From assembly GCA_963776285.1 (NCBI GenBank), contig CAVZLW010000006.1, positions 38,188 through 102,187 of the forward strand: a stretch of 64,000 bases of DNA, given 5' to 3'. Within the stretch, counting starts at the first letter, position 1; each line of letters opens with the position of its first letter. The position numbers and the translations under genes were made by a program. Of the stretch, positions 36,429-46,062 are shown in pieces. The DNA is from an uncultured Chloroflexia bacterium (GTDB lineage Bacteria > Chloroflexota > Limnocylindria > Limnocylindrales > CSP1-4). The notes below the pieces were generated by a model. It was not told the origin of the DNA. It saw nothing but the letters and a program-made list of their open reading frames with translations, and did no database searches.

Positions 36429-37174
36429 GGCCGCGTGCCCCGGGACCCATCGCGGGCCGCGGAGAGCGGATCCTGGTCGTCGAGGATGAGCCCGCCTTCG
36501 CCGAGCTGATCTCGCTCTGGCTGGAGCGCCACGGATGGCGGCCCGAGATCGCGCCCGACGGAGCCCACGCGCTCCGCTCGTTCCAGGAGGCGCCGCCGGA
36601 TCTCATCGTCCTCGACCTGAGCCTGCCCCGGGTCGACGGCTGGCACGTGATCGAGCGAGTCCGCCAGCGCAGCGCCGTCCCGATCATCGTCGTGACCGCG
36701 CGCGGCTCCGAGGCGGACAAGGTGCGGGGTCTGGCGGCCGGCGCCGACGACTACGTGACCAAGCCGCTCAGCTTCCCGGAGCTCGTCGCCCGCGTGGCGG
36801 CCGCCCTGCGCCGGGCGCGCGGCACGCCGACCGCGGCGGGTGCCCTGGCCGCGATCGAGCTCCCCGGCGTGCGGATCGACGGCCCCAGCCATCGGGTCGA
36901 GATCGCCGGCTCGCTGGTCCACCTCACGCCGACCGAGTATCGCCTCCTGCGCCACCTCGCCGAGCGGCCGGGCGTCCTGGTGCCGCACGCGGAGCTCCTG
37001 GTCGCGGTCTGGGGCAGCGGCTATCGCGAGGATCACCACCTGCTGCGGGTGGCGATCCGCAACCTGCGGGCGAAGCTCGCGACAGCATCGCCGGGGCGCC
37101 GCTTCATCGAGACGGAGTACGGCCTGGGATACCGGTTCGCCGCTCCCGCGGTCGACGCGCCGGCGATCACCTGA
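36425..37174 (+). CDS. OmpR-family response regulator (REC plus winged-helix)
   Basis: The ATG at 36425 overlaps the kinase stop. ILVVEDEPAFAELI…DLIVLDLSLPRVDG is the receiver domain, with a C-terminal trans_reg_C domain (…LTPTEYRLLRHLAERPGVLV…). Confidence 0.9.
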   Translation: MRPRAPGPIAGRGERILVVEDEPAFAELISLWLERHGWRPEIAPDGAHALRSFQEAPPDLIVLDLSLPRVDGWHVIERVRQRSAVPIIVVTARGSEADKVRGLAAGADDYVTKPLSFPELVARVAAALRRARGTPTAAGALAAIELPGVRIDGPSHRVEIAGSLVHLTPTEYRLLRHLAERPGVLVPHAELLVAVWGSGYREDHHLLRVAIRNLRAKLATASPGRRFIETEYGLGYRFAAPAVDAPAIT

Positions 37175-37194
37175 CGGGGCGAGGCAGCCCACGG

Positions 37195-40100
37195 TCAGGC
37201 GGGCGGCGCGCCCCCCTCGCGTGCGGCAGCGACCCGGGCCACGAGCGCCAGGGTCAGCGCCCACGCCCGCCCGGGGTCCCGCGGCACGCGGATCCGGACC
37301 TGGCTCGCGGCGAAGGTGACGTCGCCCGGCCGCACGCCGGGCAGCGGCGCCCCGGCCACCAGCCGCATCGCATCCCCCCGGGAGAGTCCGCTCCCGAAGC
37401 GGACCACCAGCTGGCCCTCCTCGCGGGCCAGCGAGGCGATGCCGGCCGCTTCGGCCGCGAGCCGCAGCTCGGCGACCTCGACGAGGCGCAGGACCGGCGG
37501 GGGCATCGGCCCGAAGCGGTCCGTGACCTCCTGCCGGAAGACGGCGAGGTCGCCCGCGGTCCTGGCCCGGCCGAGGCGTCGGTAGATCTCCAGCTTCTGG
37601 GCCTCGTCGGGCACGTACTCCACCGGGAGGTGCGCGTCGACCGGCAGGTCGACCGTCGCCCCGGCGGTCGCGCGGACCGGCTGGCGGCCCTCGTGGCTGG
37701 CCTTTCGGTCCTCCACCGCCTCGGCGAGGAGGCGCGTGTACAGGTCGAAGCCCACGTCGGCCATGTGGCCGGACTGCTCGCCGCCCAGGATGTTGCCCGC
37801 CCCGCGGATCTCCAGGTCGGCCAGCGCGATCTGGAAGCCGGCGCCCAGCTCAGACGCGTTGAAGATCGCCTGGAGGCGCTTCCGGGCCTCGTCCGAGAGG
37901 CGGTCGCGGCGCCGGTACAGCAAGTAGGCATACGCCCGCCGGTTGCTGCGGCCGACGCGGCCGCGGAGCTGGTAGAGCTGGGCCAGGCCAAGCGCGTCGG
38001 CGCGGTCGATGACGATCGTGTTGGCGTTGGGGATGTCGAGGCCCGACTCGATGATCGTCGTGCAGACGAGGACGTCGGCGTCGCCCCCGGCGAACGTCCG
38101 CATGACCCGCTCCAGCGCCCCCTCCGTCATCTGGCCGTGCCCCACGACGACGCGCGCGGCGGGCAGGAGGCGGCGCAGCTGGTCGGCCTGCGCCTCGATG
38201 GTCTCGACCCGGTTGTGGACGAAGAAGACCTGGCCGCCGCGGTCCAGCTCGCGCAGGATCGCGTCCTTGACGAGCCCTGCCGAGGCCTCCGCCACGCGGG
38301 TCTGGATCGGGAGACGGTCCTCGGGCGGGGTCTCGATGACCGACAGGTCGCGGACCCCGACGAGGGCCAGGTTCAGCGTGCGCGGGATCGGCGTCGCGGA
38401 GAGGGTCAGGACGTCGACCTCGGTGCGAAGCTGCTTGAGGCGCTCCTTGGCCGCGACGCCGAAGCGCTGCTCCTCGTCGACGATCAGGAGCCCGAGGTCG
38501 CGGAAGCGGACATCCTTCGAAAGAAGCCGGTGCGTGCCGACGACGACGTCGACGGACCCGGCGGCGAGCCCGGCCAGCGTCGTCTCCTGCTCCTTCCCCT
38601 GAACCGCGCGAGACAGCAGGCGCACGGTCGCCGGGAAGGCTGCGAAGCGCTGGTCGAAGGTCCGGACGTGCTGGTCGGCGAGGACGGTCGTCGGGACCAG
38701 GACGGCGACCTGGCGGCCGTCCTGGATCGCCTTGAAGGCGGCCCGCAGCGCGACCTCCGTCTTGCCGTACCCGACATCGCCGACGACGATGCGGTCCATC
38801 GGGCGGGCCGTCTCCATGTCCGCCTTCACCTCGTCGATGGCGCGCAGCTGGTCGACGGTCTCCTCGTACGGGAACGACGCCTCGAGCTCCTGCTGCCACG
38901 GCGTGTCCGGTGAGAACGCATAGCCCTCCGCCGCGGCACGCGCGGCATAGAGTCGGAGGAGGTCGTCGGCCAGCTCGGCGACGGCCTTGCGGACACGCGC
39001 GGTGGTGCGGGCCCACTCGCCGCCGCCGAGACGCGAGAGGGACGGCCGCTCCGCGCCCGCGTACCGGCTGACCCGGGTCACCTGCTCGACCGGGACGTAG
39101 ATCCGGTCGCCGCCGGCGAAGGAGAGCTCCAGGTAGTCCCGCTCCTCCCCCGTCCCGCCGCGGCGGAGCATCTGCTCGTAGCGGGCGATGCCGTGGTCGA
39201 CGTGGACCACGAGATCGCCGGGGTTCAGGCGTTCCAGGATGTCGCGGGGAACCACGCGACGCAGCGCCTTCGGGCGGCGAACCCGGACCGTGCCGAAGAG
39301 CTCGCGATCGGTGATCACGACCAGGCCGTCGGGCCCACCCCCGAAGCCCGCGTTGAGGCTGCGGCCGACGAGCGCGACGGCGCCGGGCGGAGGAGCTCCG
39401 GGCCGCATGGTGACCCCCACGGGGATGCCGGCGTCGCCGAGGAGCTCCGCCAGGCGCGCGGCCTGGTCGGACGCGAGCACGATCCGGGGGACCGGGGTGA
39501 GGGCGGTCCCCGGAGCTCGAGATGAGGGGATGGCACCCGGCGGGAGGCTGCGACGTGGCTCGTCGGCCTCCTCCTCGGCCAGCGGCACGGACGCCGGGCG
39601 CCCGGCGCGCCAGCGCTCGATCGCCCGCGCGAGACCGGCGCTCCGCCCGGGCGGCAGGACCGGCTCGCGCCAGCCGAAGACGTCGTCGAGGGCCCGGGTC
39701 CCCCCGATCGCCGCCGTCGGCCCCGGCTCCCATGTGAGCTCGAGCGTTCGGGCCTGGAGCAGCCGCGCCTTCCAGTCGCGCGGCGCGAGGTAGGCGTCCG
39801 GCCAGGCCGCGGGCAGCTCTCCCGCCGCCACCAGGTCGCGCCGGCGCTCCGTGGCCTGCTGCCACAGGAACTCGGCCGCGGCGGCGACCTCGCCTGGCTC
39901 GTCGACGACCAGCAGGGCGTCGGTGGCGAGGTGATCGAGTCCGCTGGCCGGGCACAGGACGGCCGCCCAGATCTCGGCGGCATCGCCGACGTCGAGGGCT
40001 CGCGCGCCGGCGGACGCCTCGGCGCGACGGGGGGCCGGCTCGGCAGAGTCCCCCTCCAGGCGGACGAGGTCGACCGCAAGACGCTCCGGGAGACGGCCGG

Positions 40101-40953
40101 CGAGCGTCCCGAGCCGGGCCCTGATCTCCCCGGCACCGGCGGCCGGCACCAGGAACTCGGTGGCCGGAAGGAGCTCGATCGCGTCGGCCGCCCGGAGCGT
40201 TCGCTGGTCCGTGGGGTCGAAGATCCGGATCTCGTCGATCTCGTCGCCGAACAGCTCGATGCGCACCGGCAGCTCTGCTCCCGCCGGGAAGACGTCGACG
40301 ATGCCGCCGCGCCGCGCCATCTCGCCGCGGCCGGCGACCTCCAGGACCGGCTCGTAGCCCAGGCGGAGCAGCTCTGCGAGGAGATCGGCCTGGCGCACCC
40401 GGTCGCCCCGGCGGAGCGCGCGCGGTGCGGCCGGCAGGTCGCCCGGCAGGATCGTCGGCTGCAGAAGCGCCTGCACGGACGCCACGAGGACCCGGGCTCG
40501 CCCGCTGCGCCATCGCGCGAGCGTCGCCACGCGGGCGGCCGACTCGTCGCGGATCAGCTCGCTGCGCTCGTAGGCGAGCGCGGTTCGCGGCTCCAGGATG
40601 GCCACCGCCTCCGGGTCGCCCAGCCACGCGATCAGCTCGTCCGCCACGCGGTCGCCGATCTCCGAATCGCGGGCGATCCAGCAGACCCGCTCCTCTTCAC
40701 CCAGCGCCAGCGCCGCGACGAGGAATGACTTCGCGCCGTGGGGCACGGCCGTGACGGCGGCGTGGTGACCGCGTGCCCCGGGCGGGCCGGCCAGCGCGGC
40801 GGCCAGCGAGCGGAAAGGCCCCGTCGCACGCAGAAGCGGGGGCATCGCGGAGAGGTCGGGGATCCGGCGGGCCACGGCGTCGGCCCGCGACGGGGCGGGC
40901 CCGGCGTCCTCGGCCGGCCCGGGCGCCGCCGCCTCGCGCCGCCTGCCGGTCAT
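37195..40953 (-). CDS. mfd: transcription-repair coupling factor
   Basis: 1252 aa. It has UvrB-homology N-terminal modules and a superfamily-2 helicase core (VGDVGYGKTEVALRAAF, DEEQRFGV, …QLRGRVGRS…). A C-terminal TRG motif region is present. Confidence 0.95.
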   Translation of the reverse strand: MTGRRREAAAPGPAEDAGPAPSRADAVARRIPDLSAMPPLLRATGPFRSLAAALAGPPGARGHHAAVTAVPHGAKSFLVAALALGEEERVCWIARDSEIGDRVADELIAWLGDPEAVAILEPRTALAYERSELIRDESAARVATLARWRSGRARVLVASVQALLQPTILPGDLPAAPRALRRGDRVRQADLLAELLRLGYEPVLEVAGRGEMARRGGIVDVFPAGAELPVRIELFGDEIDEIRIFDPTDQRTLRAADAIELLPATEFLVPAAGAGEIRARLGTLAGRLPERLAVDLVRLEGDSAEPAPRRAEASAGARALDVGDAAEIWAAVLCPASGLDHLATDALLVVDEPGEVAAAAEFLWQQATERRRDLVAAGELPAAWPDAYLAPRDWKARLLQARTLELTWEPGPTAAIGGTRALDDVFGWREPVLPPGRSAGLARAIERWRAGRPASVPLAEEEADEPRRSLPPGAIPSSRAPGTALTPVPRIVLASDQAARLAELLGDAGIPVGVTMRPGAPPPGAVALVGRSLNAGFGGGPDGLVVITDRELFGTVRVRRPKALRRVVPRDILERLNPGDLVVHVDHGIARYEQMLRRGGTGEERDYLELSFAGGDRIYVPVEQVTRVSRYAGAERPSLSRLGGGEWARTTARVRKAVAELADDLLRLYAARAAAEGYAFSPDTPWQQELEASFPYEETVDQLRAIDEVKADMETARPMDRIVVGDVGYGKTEVALRAAFKAIQDGRQVAVLVPTTVLADQHVRTFDQRFAAFPATVRLLSRAVQGKEQETTLAGLAAGSVDVVVGTHRLLSKDVRFRDLGLLIVDEEQRFGVAAKERLKQLRTEVDVLTLSATPIPRTLNLALVGVRDLSVIETPPEDRLPIQTRVAEASAGLVKDAILRELDRGGQVFFVHNRVETIEAQADQLRRLLPAARVVVGHGQMTEGALERVMRTFAGGDADVLVCTTIIESGLDIPNANTIVIDRADALGLAQLYQLRGRVGRSNRRAYAYLLYRRRDRLSDEARKRLQAIFNASELGAGFQIALADLEIRGAGNILGGEQSGHMADVGFDLYTRLLAEAVEDRKASHEGRQPVRATAGATVDLPVDAHLPVEYVPDEAQKLEIYRRLGRARTAGDLAVFRQEVTDRFGPMPPPVLRLVEVAELRLAAEAAGIASLAREEGQLVVRFGSGLSRGDAMRLVAGAPLPGVRPGDVTFAASQVRIRVPRDPGRAWALTLALVARVAAAREGGAPPA

Positions 40954-41636
40954 CGGTCCTCGGAGACCGGACGGATGCGGCGCCAGCCCGTCCGGGTCCG
41001 GCGCACGCCGTCGGGGCCGGGCGGCCCGTCGACCTCGCCGGGCGGGGCGGTCCGGCTCTCGTCGGCCGGGCGGAGCTGGAACGCGTTGAAGCGGTTGGCT
41101 GCCTTCGAGACGCCCTCGCGCGCCCAGGCCTCGACCGCGTCCGCCGCCGCGTCGAGCAGCTCGTCGAGCCGCTGTCGCTCGCCCGGCCGGAAGACGGAGA
41201 GGACGTGGTCCACCGCGTCCTGGTCGGGCTCGCCGATCCCGATCCGGAGGCGAGGGAACGCCTCCGTGTGGAGCTCCTCGACGATGGAGCGGAGCCCGTT
41301 GTGGCCACCGTGGCTGCCGCCCTCACGGAAGCGCATCTTCCCGAAAGGCAGGCTGAAGTCGTCGGTCACGACCAGGACTTCGTGGAGCGGGGCCCTTTCA
41401 CGGGCGATCAGCTTCCGCACGGCGATGCCGGAGTCGTTCATGTAGGTGAGCGGCTTGGCGAGGACCAGGTCGAGGCCGCGGAAGCGGCCCTGCACCACCG
41501 AGCTGGCGTCGCGCGAGCGGCCCCGCCCCGCCCAGCCGGCTCGGTCGGCGAGCCGGTCCAGGGTCATCCAGCCGACGTTATGGCGCGTCTTCGCGTACTG
41601 CTCGCCCGGGTTCCCGAGCCCGACGACGACCTTCAC
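40950..41636 (-). CDS. pth: peptidyl-tRNA hydrolase
   Basis: MKVVVGLGNPGEQYAKTRHNVGW…GSHGGHNGLRS. It has a C-terminal extension of about 35 aa. There is a 4-nt overlap with the mfd start. Confidence 0.9.
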   Translation of the reverse strand: MKVVVGLGNPGEQYAKTRHNVGWMTLDRLADRAGWAGRGRSRDASSVVQGRFRGLDLVLAKPLTYMNDSGIAVRKLIARERAPLHEVLVVTDDFSLPFGKMRFREGGSHGGHNGLRSIVEELHTEAFPRLRIGIGEPDQDAVDHVLSVFRPGERQRLDELLDAAADAVEAWAREGVSKAANRFNAFQLRPADESRTAPPGEVDGPPGPDGVRRTRTGWRRIRPVSEDR

Positions 41637-41674
41637 GTTCCCTCCGCCGGCACGCCCTCCGCGACACGCCGAAC

Positions 41675-41700
41675 GGCCCGAATCCGACGCGGATCGGGCC
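41675..41700. terminator. hairpin between ybeY and pth
   Basis: ggcccgaatccg acg cggatcgggcc forms an 11-bp stem with a 1-nt bulge. The position is consistent with a terminator or attenuator in the 127-bp ybeY–pth spacer. This is weak. Confidence 0.3.
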
Positions 41701-41762
41701 CCAGGGTTGATGGTACCCGGGCTTCCGGCCGCGCGTCACGACGGCGGGACGGCGCGATGCCC

Positions 41763-42359
41763 TCACGTCGCCTGCGCGAGGATCCCCTGCTCGATCGACC
41801 GCATCGCGGCCTCCTCCGCCTGCTCGGCATGGTCCCAGCCGCACAGGTGGAGCCCGCCGTGGACGACGAGGAGCCGCAGCTCGTCGGCCGGCGACCACTG
41901 CACGTCGCCGGTCTGGCCGCCGCGGCCGGCGGCCGCCTGCTCGATCGCGCGCTCGACGGAGACGACGACGTCACCGACGTGGAGGCGGGTGCCGGGGGGC
42001 AGGAGGAATGCTCGCTCGCGGCTCTCCGGGTGCGACCGACCCGGGGCCGGGGCGCGGCGTGGCGGCCCCCCGGCGTGCGGCGGGTAGGCCTCCGGCGGCA
42101 GCAGCGGGAAGGAGAGGACGTCCGTGGGGCCGTCCCTGCCCATGTGCGCCGCGTTGAGGGCAGCCAGCTCGGCGTCGTCGGCGAGGATCAGGCCGACCGA
42201 CGCCGGCTCGGGCGCGCCGCCGGCCCGCAGGGCGGCGCAGAGGGTGCGCGCGAGCGCCGCCGCCGGCAGCACGGGGACGACGCCGCGCCGCACCTCGAGG
42301 TCGACGCGGAACGGAGGCCGGTAGATCGAGCGGACGCCGGCGGCCGGCCCGGCTGGCAC
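41763..42359 (-). CDS. ybeY: rRNA maturation endoribonuclease YbeY
   Basis: It has the HGGLHLCGWDH zinc-binding motif (H3xH5xH). Confidence 0.85.
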   Translation of the reverse strand: MPAGPAAGVRSIYRPPFRVDLEVRRGVVPVLPAAALARTLCAALRAGGAPEPASVGLILADDAELAALNAAHMGRDGPTDVLSFPLLPPEAYPPHAGGPPRRAPAPGRSHPESRERAFLLPPGTRLHVGDVVVSVERAIEQAAAGRGGQTGDVQWSPADELRLLVVHGGLHLCGWDHAEQAEEAAMRSIEQGILAQAT

Positions 42360-42366
42360 GATCGGG

Positions 42367-44517
42367 TCAGGCGCCGGGGCCCGAGGCGTTGCGGCGGACC
42401 TCCAGCTCCACGACGTTGCTGTCGGGATATGCGATCCGCTGGTGGTACATGCCGAGAAGCTGGGCCACGAACGCCTCCCGGATCCCCTCCAGGTCCCGCA
42501 GGGTCAGGTCGCACTCGTCGAACTGGCCGTCGTAGAGGCGCTCGTCGATGATCCGGCCGACCATGGCCCGGATCGCGGCCTCGTCCTGGCTCGACAGCGA
42601 GCGGACCGACGCCTCGACGCCGTCCGAGAGCATGAGGATCGCCGCCTCCTTCGACTGGGGGCGCGGCCCGTTGTGCCGGAAGCGCCGCTCGTCGAGCGCG
42701 TCCGCGGCCGCCAGTCCCGCCGCGCTGGCGAGGCCGCCGAAGGGCGCCGCAGCCTGCTCCCGCGCCTTGGACCAGAAGAAGGCGATCCGGGCGGTCCCGT
42801 GGTGCTGCGGGATGAAGGCGATGAGGGGCTTGGGCAGCTTGGCCCTGTAGGCGATGTCGATCCCGTCGGGCACGTGCTGACGGACGATCTGGGCGCTGAC
42901 CTCCGGCGCCAGCTCGTCGTGGACGTTCACGGCGCCGGCCTGGTTCTCGATGAACGCCCCCGGGTTGGCCAGCTTGCCGATGTCGTGATAGTAGGAGGCT
43001 ACACGGGCCAGCAGCGGGTCCGCCCCGATCGCCTCGGCCGCGCGCTCGGCGAGGTTCCCGACCATCAGGGAGTGGTGATAGGTCCCCGGCGTCTCGAGGA
43101 GGAGCCGTCGCAGAAGCGCCTGCGACGGGTTCGCCAGCTCCATCAGCTGGAAGACCGTGAGGATGCCGAAGAGGTTGCCCACGACCTGGAACGTGCCCAC
43201 GGCGGCGATCGCGGCGCCGATGCCGGCCGCCAGCGAGGCACCCCACAGCTGCAGGGTGCCGGTGAGGTCGCGCGTCCCCAGCAGCGAGAAGATGGAGACG
43301 ACCACGACGTTGGCGACGACGATGGCCAGGCCGGCCTGGAGGAAGACACCCACCCGGTCGCCGCGGCGGACCGCGATGATCCCGGTGACGCCCCCGACGA
43401 AGATGTACGCCGCGAGCTCGAGGGAGAGGCCGTTGGCGGCCCCCGCCAGGATGGCCAGGAGCGCGGTGATCATCGTCGCGGGACCCGCGCCCAGCAGGAT
43501 CGCGACCAGCATCGAGGCGCCGGCGCCCGGCATGAAGAAGGGCAGGATGGAGCGGCCGGCGGTCAGCTTGTAGGCGAGCGCGGTGACGAGCAGGACGAGG
43601 CCCAGCAGCGCGAGGGCACGCGCCCGGTGCCACAGGTCCTGGCGGTAGCGCCAGACCCAGGCCAGCAGCAGCACCACGATGAGCGTCGCGAGCAGGAACC
43701 AGCCGGCGATGCGGGCGACGTCGAGGCGAGCCTCGGTCAGGCCGAAGGCCTCGAGCTTGGCGATCTCGAGAGGGGTCACCTGCTTGCCCGCCTCCACGAT
43801 CAGCGCGCCCTGGCGAATCGTGTAGCTCACCGGCGTCACGGCGGCAGCAGCCGCATCGCGTGCCTCGGCCGTGAGGGAGTCGCTGTAGGTCGCGTTGGGC
43901 ACCAGGAGCGGTGCCACGATCTCCGTCGCCAGCCCGCGCTCGTCGTCGGTGAGGGCGGCCGAGAAGCTCTCACCGAGGTTCCGGCGAACCGACTCGATCT
44001 CGGCGTCGCGGAGCGGGGCGCGTTGGACCAGGCCGAGCACGCGCGTCGCCTCGGCGCCGGTCAGGGCCCAGCGCTCGGGCGCCAGGGCGTAGAGGGTCTT
44101 CCGGGCGGCGGGCGACAGGCCGGGGAGCGCCTCGGACAGCGCGCTCTGCCTCTTCTCCGGCGTGACGCCGGCGGCGAACGCCGCGTCGACGGGTGCGAGC
44201 TCCGCGGCCAGGGCGTCGAGCTGGATGCGCGTCAGGGCCGCGGCGGTCTCCGCCTTGTAGTCGTACTGGGGTGGCACACCGTCGTGCGCCGCCTGGCGGG
44301 CGGCATCGGTCTCGACGGCGCTGTTGAAGACGAGCGTGCGGGGTGCCAGCACGTCGGCGCCCGCCAGGTCGCCCACCTGGAGGTTGACCGCGTTGGGGAG
44401 GTCGTCGATGGACAGGACCGCCGCCAGGCCGGTGATCAGGAACACGGCAGCGACCGCGAGGCGCACGGCGTCGCGGCGGGTGAAGGCCGCGACGCGGTCG
44501 AGCCGTCGGGAGAGCAT
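42367..44517 (-). CDS. 7TM receptor with intracellular HD hydrolase (PgpH/YqfF-like HD-domain phosphohydrolase)
   Basis: 716 aa with an N-terminal extracellular region and seven TM helices. HD motifs are HHSLMVGNLAE and YHDIGK. It is immediately upstream of ybeY, as in the conserved phoH-yqfF-ybeY arrangement. Confidence 0.8.
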   Translation of the reverse strand: MLSRRLDRVAAFTRRDAVRLAVAAVFLITGLAAVLSIDDLPNAVNLQVGDLAGADVLAPRTLVFNSAVETDAARQAAHDGVPPQYDYKAETAAALTRIQLDALAAELAPVDAAFAAGVTPEKRQSALSEALPGLSPAARKTLYALAPERWALTGAEATRVLGLVQRAPLRDAEIESVRRNLGESFSAALTDDERGLATEIVAPLLVPNATYSDSLTAEARDAAAAAVTPVSYTIRQGALIVEAGKQVTPLEIAKLEAFGLTEARLDVARIAGWFLLATLIVVLLLAWVWRYRQDLWHRARALALLGLVLLVTALAYKLTAGRSILPFFMPGAGASMLVAILLGAGPATMITALLAILAGAANGLSLELAAYIFVGGVTGIIAVRRGDRVGVFLQAGLAIVVANVVVVSIFSLLGTRDLTGTLQLWGASLAAGIGAAIAAVGTFQVVGNLFGILTVFQLMELANPSQALLRRLLLETPGTYHHSLMVGNLAERAAEAIGADPLLARVASYYHDIGKLANPGAFIENQAGAVNVHDELAPEVSAQIVRQHVPDGIDIAYRAKLPKPLIAFIPQHHGTARIAFFWSKAREQAAAPFGGLASAAGLAAADALDERRFRHNGPRPQSKEAAILMLSDGVEASVRSLSSQDEAAIRAMVGRIIDERLYDGQFDECDLTLRDLEGIREAFVAQLLGMYHQRIAYPDSNVVELEVRRNASGPGA

Positions 44518-44538
44518 CGGACGGCGGGCGGCGGGGCG

Positions 44539-45087
44539 TCAGCCCCGGCCGCCACCTCCACTGGCCCGCGCGTCGGTGGATCGGGCCGCCTGGCCCCCGG
44601 ATTCGCCCGCGTGGCCTGCGGCGTCGTGGGCGGCCAGGTCCGACCCGGCGAGCGCGGCGACGACGAGCCCCGACACGACCTTGCCGTCGGCCCGGCCGCG
44701 CGTGCGCGGGCCCAGCCAGCCCATGACCCTGCCGAGGTCGCGGGCGGAGGATGCGCCCGTCGCCGCGATCGCCTCGTCGACGAGCGACGAGAGCTCGGCA
44801 TCCGTCAGGGCCCGGGGCAGGAAGCCGGAGATGATCGCGATCTCCGCCTCCTCCCTGGTCGCGAGGTCTTCGCGCCCGCCCTGGCGAAAGGCCTGCACCG
44901 ATTCGCGGCGCATCTTGACCTCGCGGGCCAGGACGGTGAGAGTCTGGTCGTCGGTCAGGGTCGCGTGGTCCCGTTTCTCGATACCGTAGACGGCGCTCCA
45001 GACCATGCGCAGGGTGTCGCGGCGCAGCACGTCACCCGACCGCGTGGCGGCGGTCATCTCCTCGTGGAGTTGGTCACGGAGGGACAC
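44539..45087 (-). CDS. GatB/YqeY domain protein
   Basis: MSLRDQLHEEMTAATRSGDVLRRDTLRMVWSAVYGIEKRD is the YqeY family N-terminus. It has a C-terminal Gly/Ala-rich tail. Confidence 0.8.
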   Translation of the reverse strand: MSLRDQLHEEMTAATRSGDVLRRDTLRMVWSAVYGIEKRDHATLTDDQTLTVLAREVKMRRESVQAFRQGGREDLATREEAEIAIISGFLPRALTDAELSSLVDEAIAATGASSARDLGRVMGWLGPRTRGRADGKVVSGLVVAALAGSDLAAHDAAGHAGESGGQAARSTDARASGGGGRG

Positions 45088-45231
45088 CGGCGTGGCTCCT
45101 TCGCCGGGCGCGGCGTCCGCTGACGACGCGCCGGTGCGCTGGGGGCGTCCGGGGCCCGGGAACGGGCCGGGGAAGCAGGTGGACCGGCGAACGAAGAGGG
45201 GTGGTGCGCCCCTGGACGCCGGTCCCGGCGG

Positions 45232-45426
45232 CTAACCCTGCTGGCGGGTGGCCTTCTTGCGCTTGGCTTCCTTGCGCTTGCGCTTCACGCTGGGCTTCTC
45301 GTAGTGCTCGCGACGGCGAGCCTCTGCCAGGATGCCGGACTGCTGGATCTTCTTGTTGAAGCGACGCAGTGCGCTCTCGAAGGTCTCGTTCTCACCAACG
45401 CGGATCTCTGCCAATGCCGGGATCAC
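45232..45426 (-). CDS. rpsU: 30S ribosomal protein S21
   Basis: The GTG at 45426 is preceded by GGCGGAGGAG. The product (V)[57 protein letters not shown] is a canonical S21. The longer ORF upstream is not coding. Confidence 0.9.
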   Translation of the reverse strand: MIPALAEIRVGENETFESALRRFNKKIQQSGILAEARRREHYEKPSVKRKRKEAKRKKATRQQG

Positions 45427-45620
45427 CTCCTCCGCCCTGGGTTCAAATCCCGCTGCCGCCGCCGGGCGAGGTCGGCAGGCGCGAACGCCCACCGACGCAC
45501 GGTTCCGTCGCGCGTCGGCGAGCCCGGCGGAGCATAGATCGGCGCCCCCGGGCGGTCAAACGTGCCAAAGGTCCCGGAAGCGGACTCCGCCGCGGCGGAC
45601 CGGCCACCGGCCAGGCCGTC

Positions 45621-45947
45621 TCAGGCGCCGGAGGGAAGCAGGTAGAGCGCCAATCGCAGCGGTGTCCGGGCCCGGATCGAATGGGGCATCCGCGCCGGCA
45701 TCCGGAACCACGTCCCGGGAGCCAGCACGTGAGGTTCGCCGCCGACCACGGAGTCGCCGTCACCGTCGAGCACGTGGACGACCGCGGCGCGGGCAGCGGC
45801 ATGCTCCGACAGCTCCTCGCCCGCGGCGAGGGCGAACAGGACGAGCCGCAGGTCGGGGCCGTCGTAGAGCGTCTGGCTGTGGATCCCCCGGAGCAGCGGC
45901 GGCGCCTCCGCGGCAAGGTCGGCGAAGAACAGCGCTGGCTCGGACAT
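45621..45947 (-). CDS. cupin domain protein
   Basis: The ATG at 45947 gives MSEPALFFADLAAE…GEELSEHAAARAAVVHVLDGDGDSVVGGEPHVLAPGTWFRMPARMPHS, which are cupin motifs. Confidence 0.6.
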   Translation of the reverse strand: MSEPALFFADLAAEAPPLLRGIHSQTLYDGPDLRLVLFALAAGEELSEHAAARAAVVHVLDGDGDSVVGGEPHVLAPGTWFRMPARMPHSIRARTPLRLALYLLPSGA

Positions 45948-46062
45948 GTGGACACCTCCGGCGCGAACGGTACGCCGAAGGACGTGCCCGGACCCCGGCG
46001 TGGCACGGGCGCCCCGCGGGATGACAGTTGCGCGGCCACCGATCGCCCGCCACGATGCCGCA

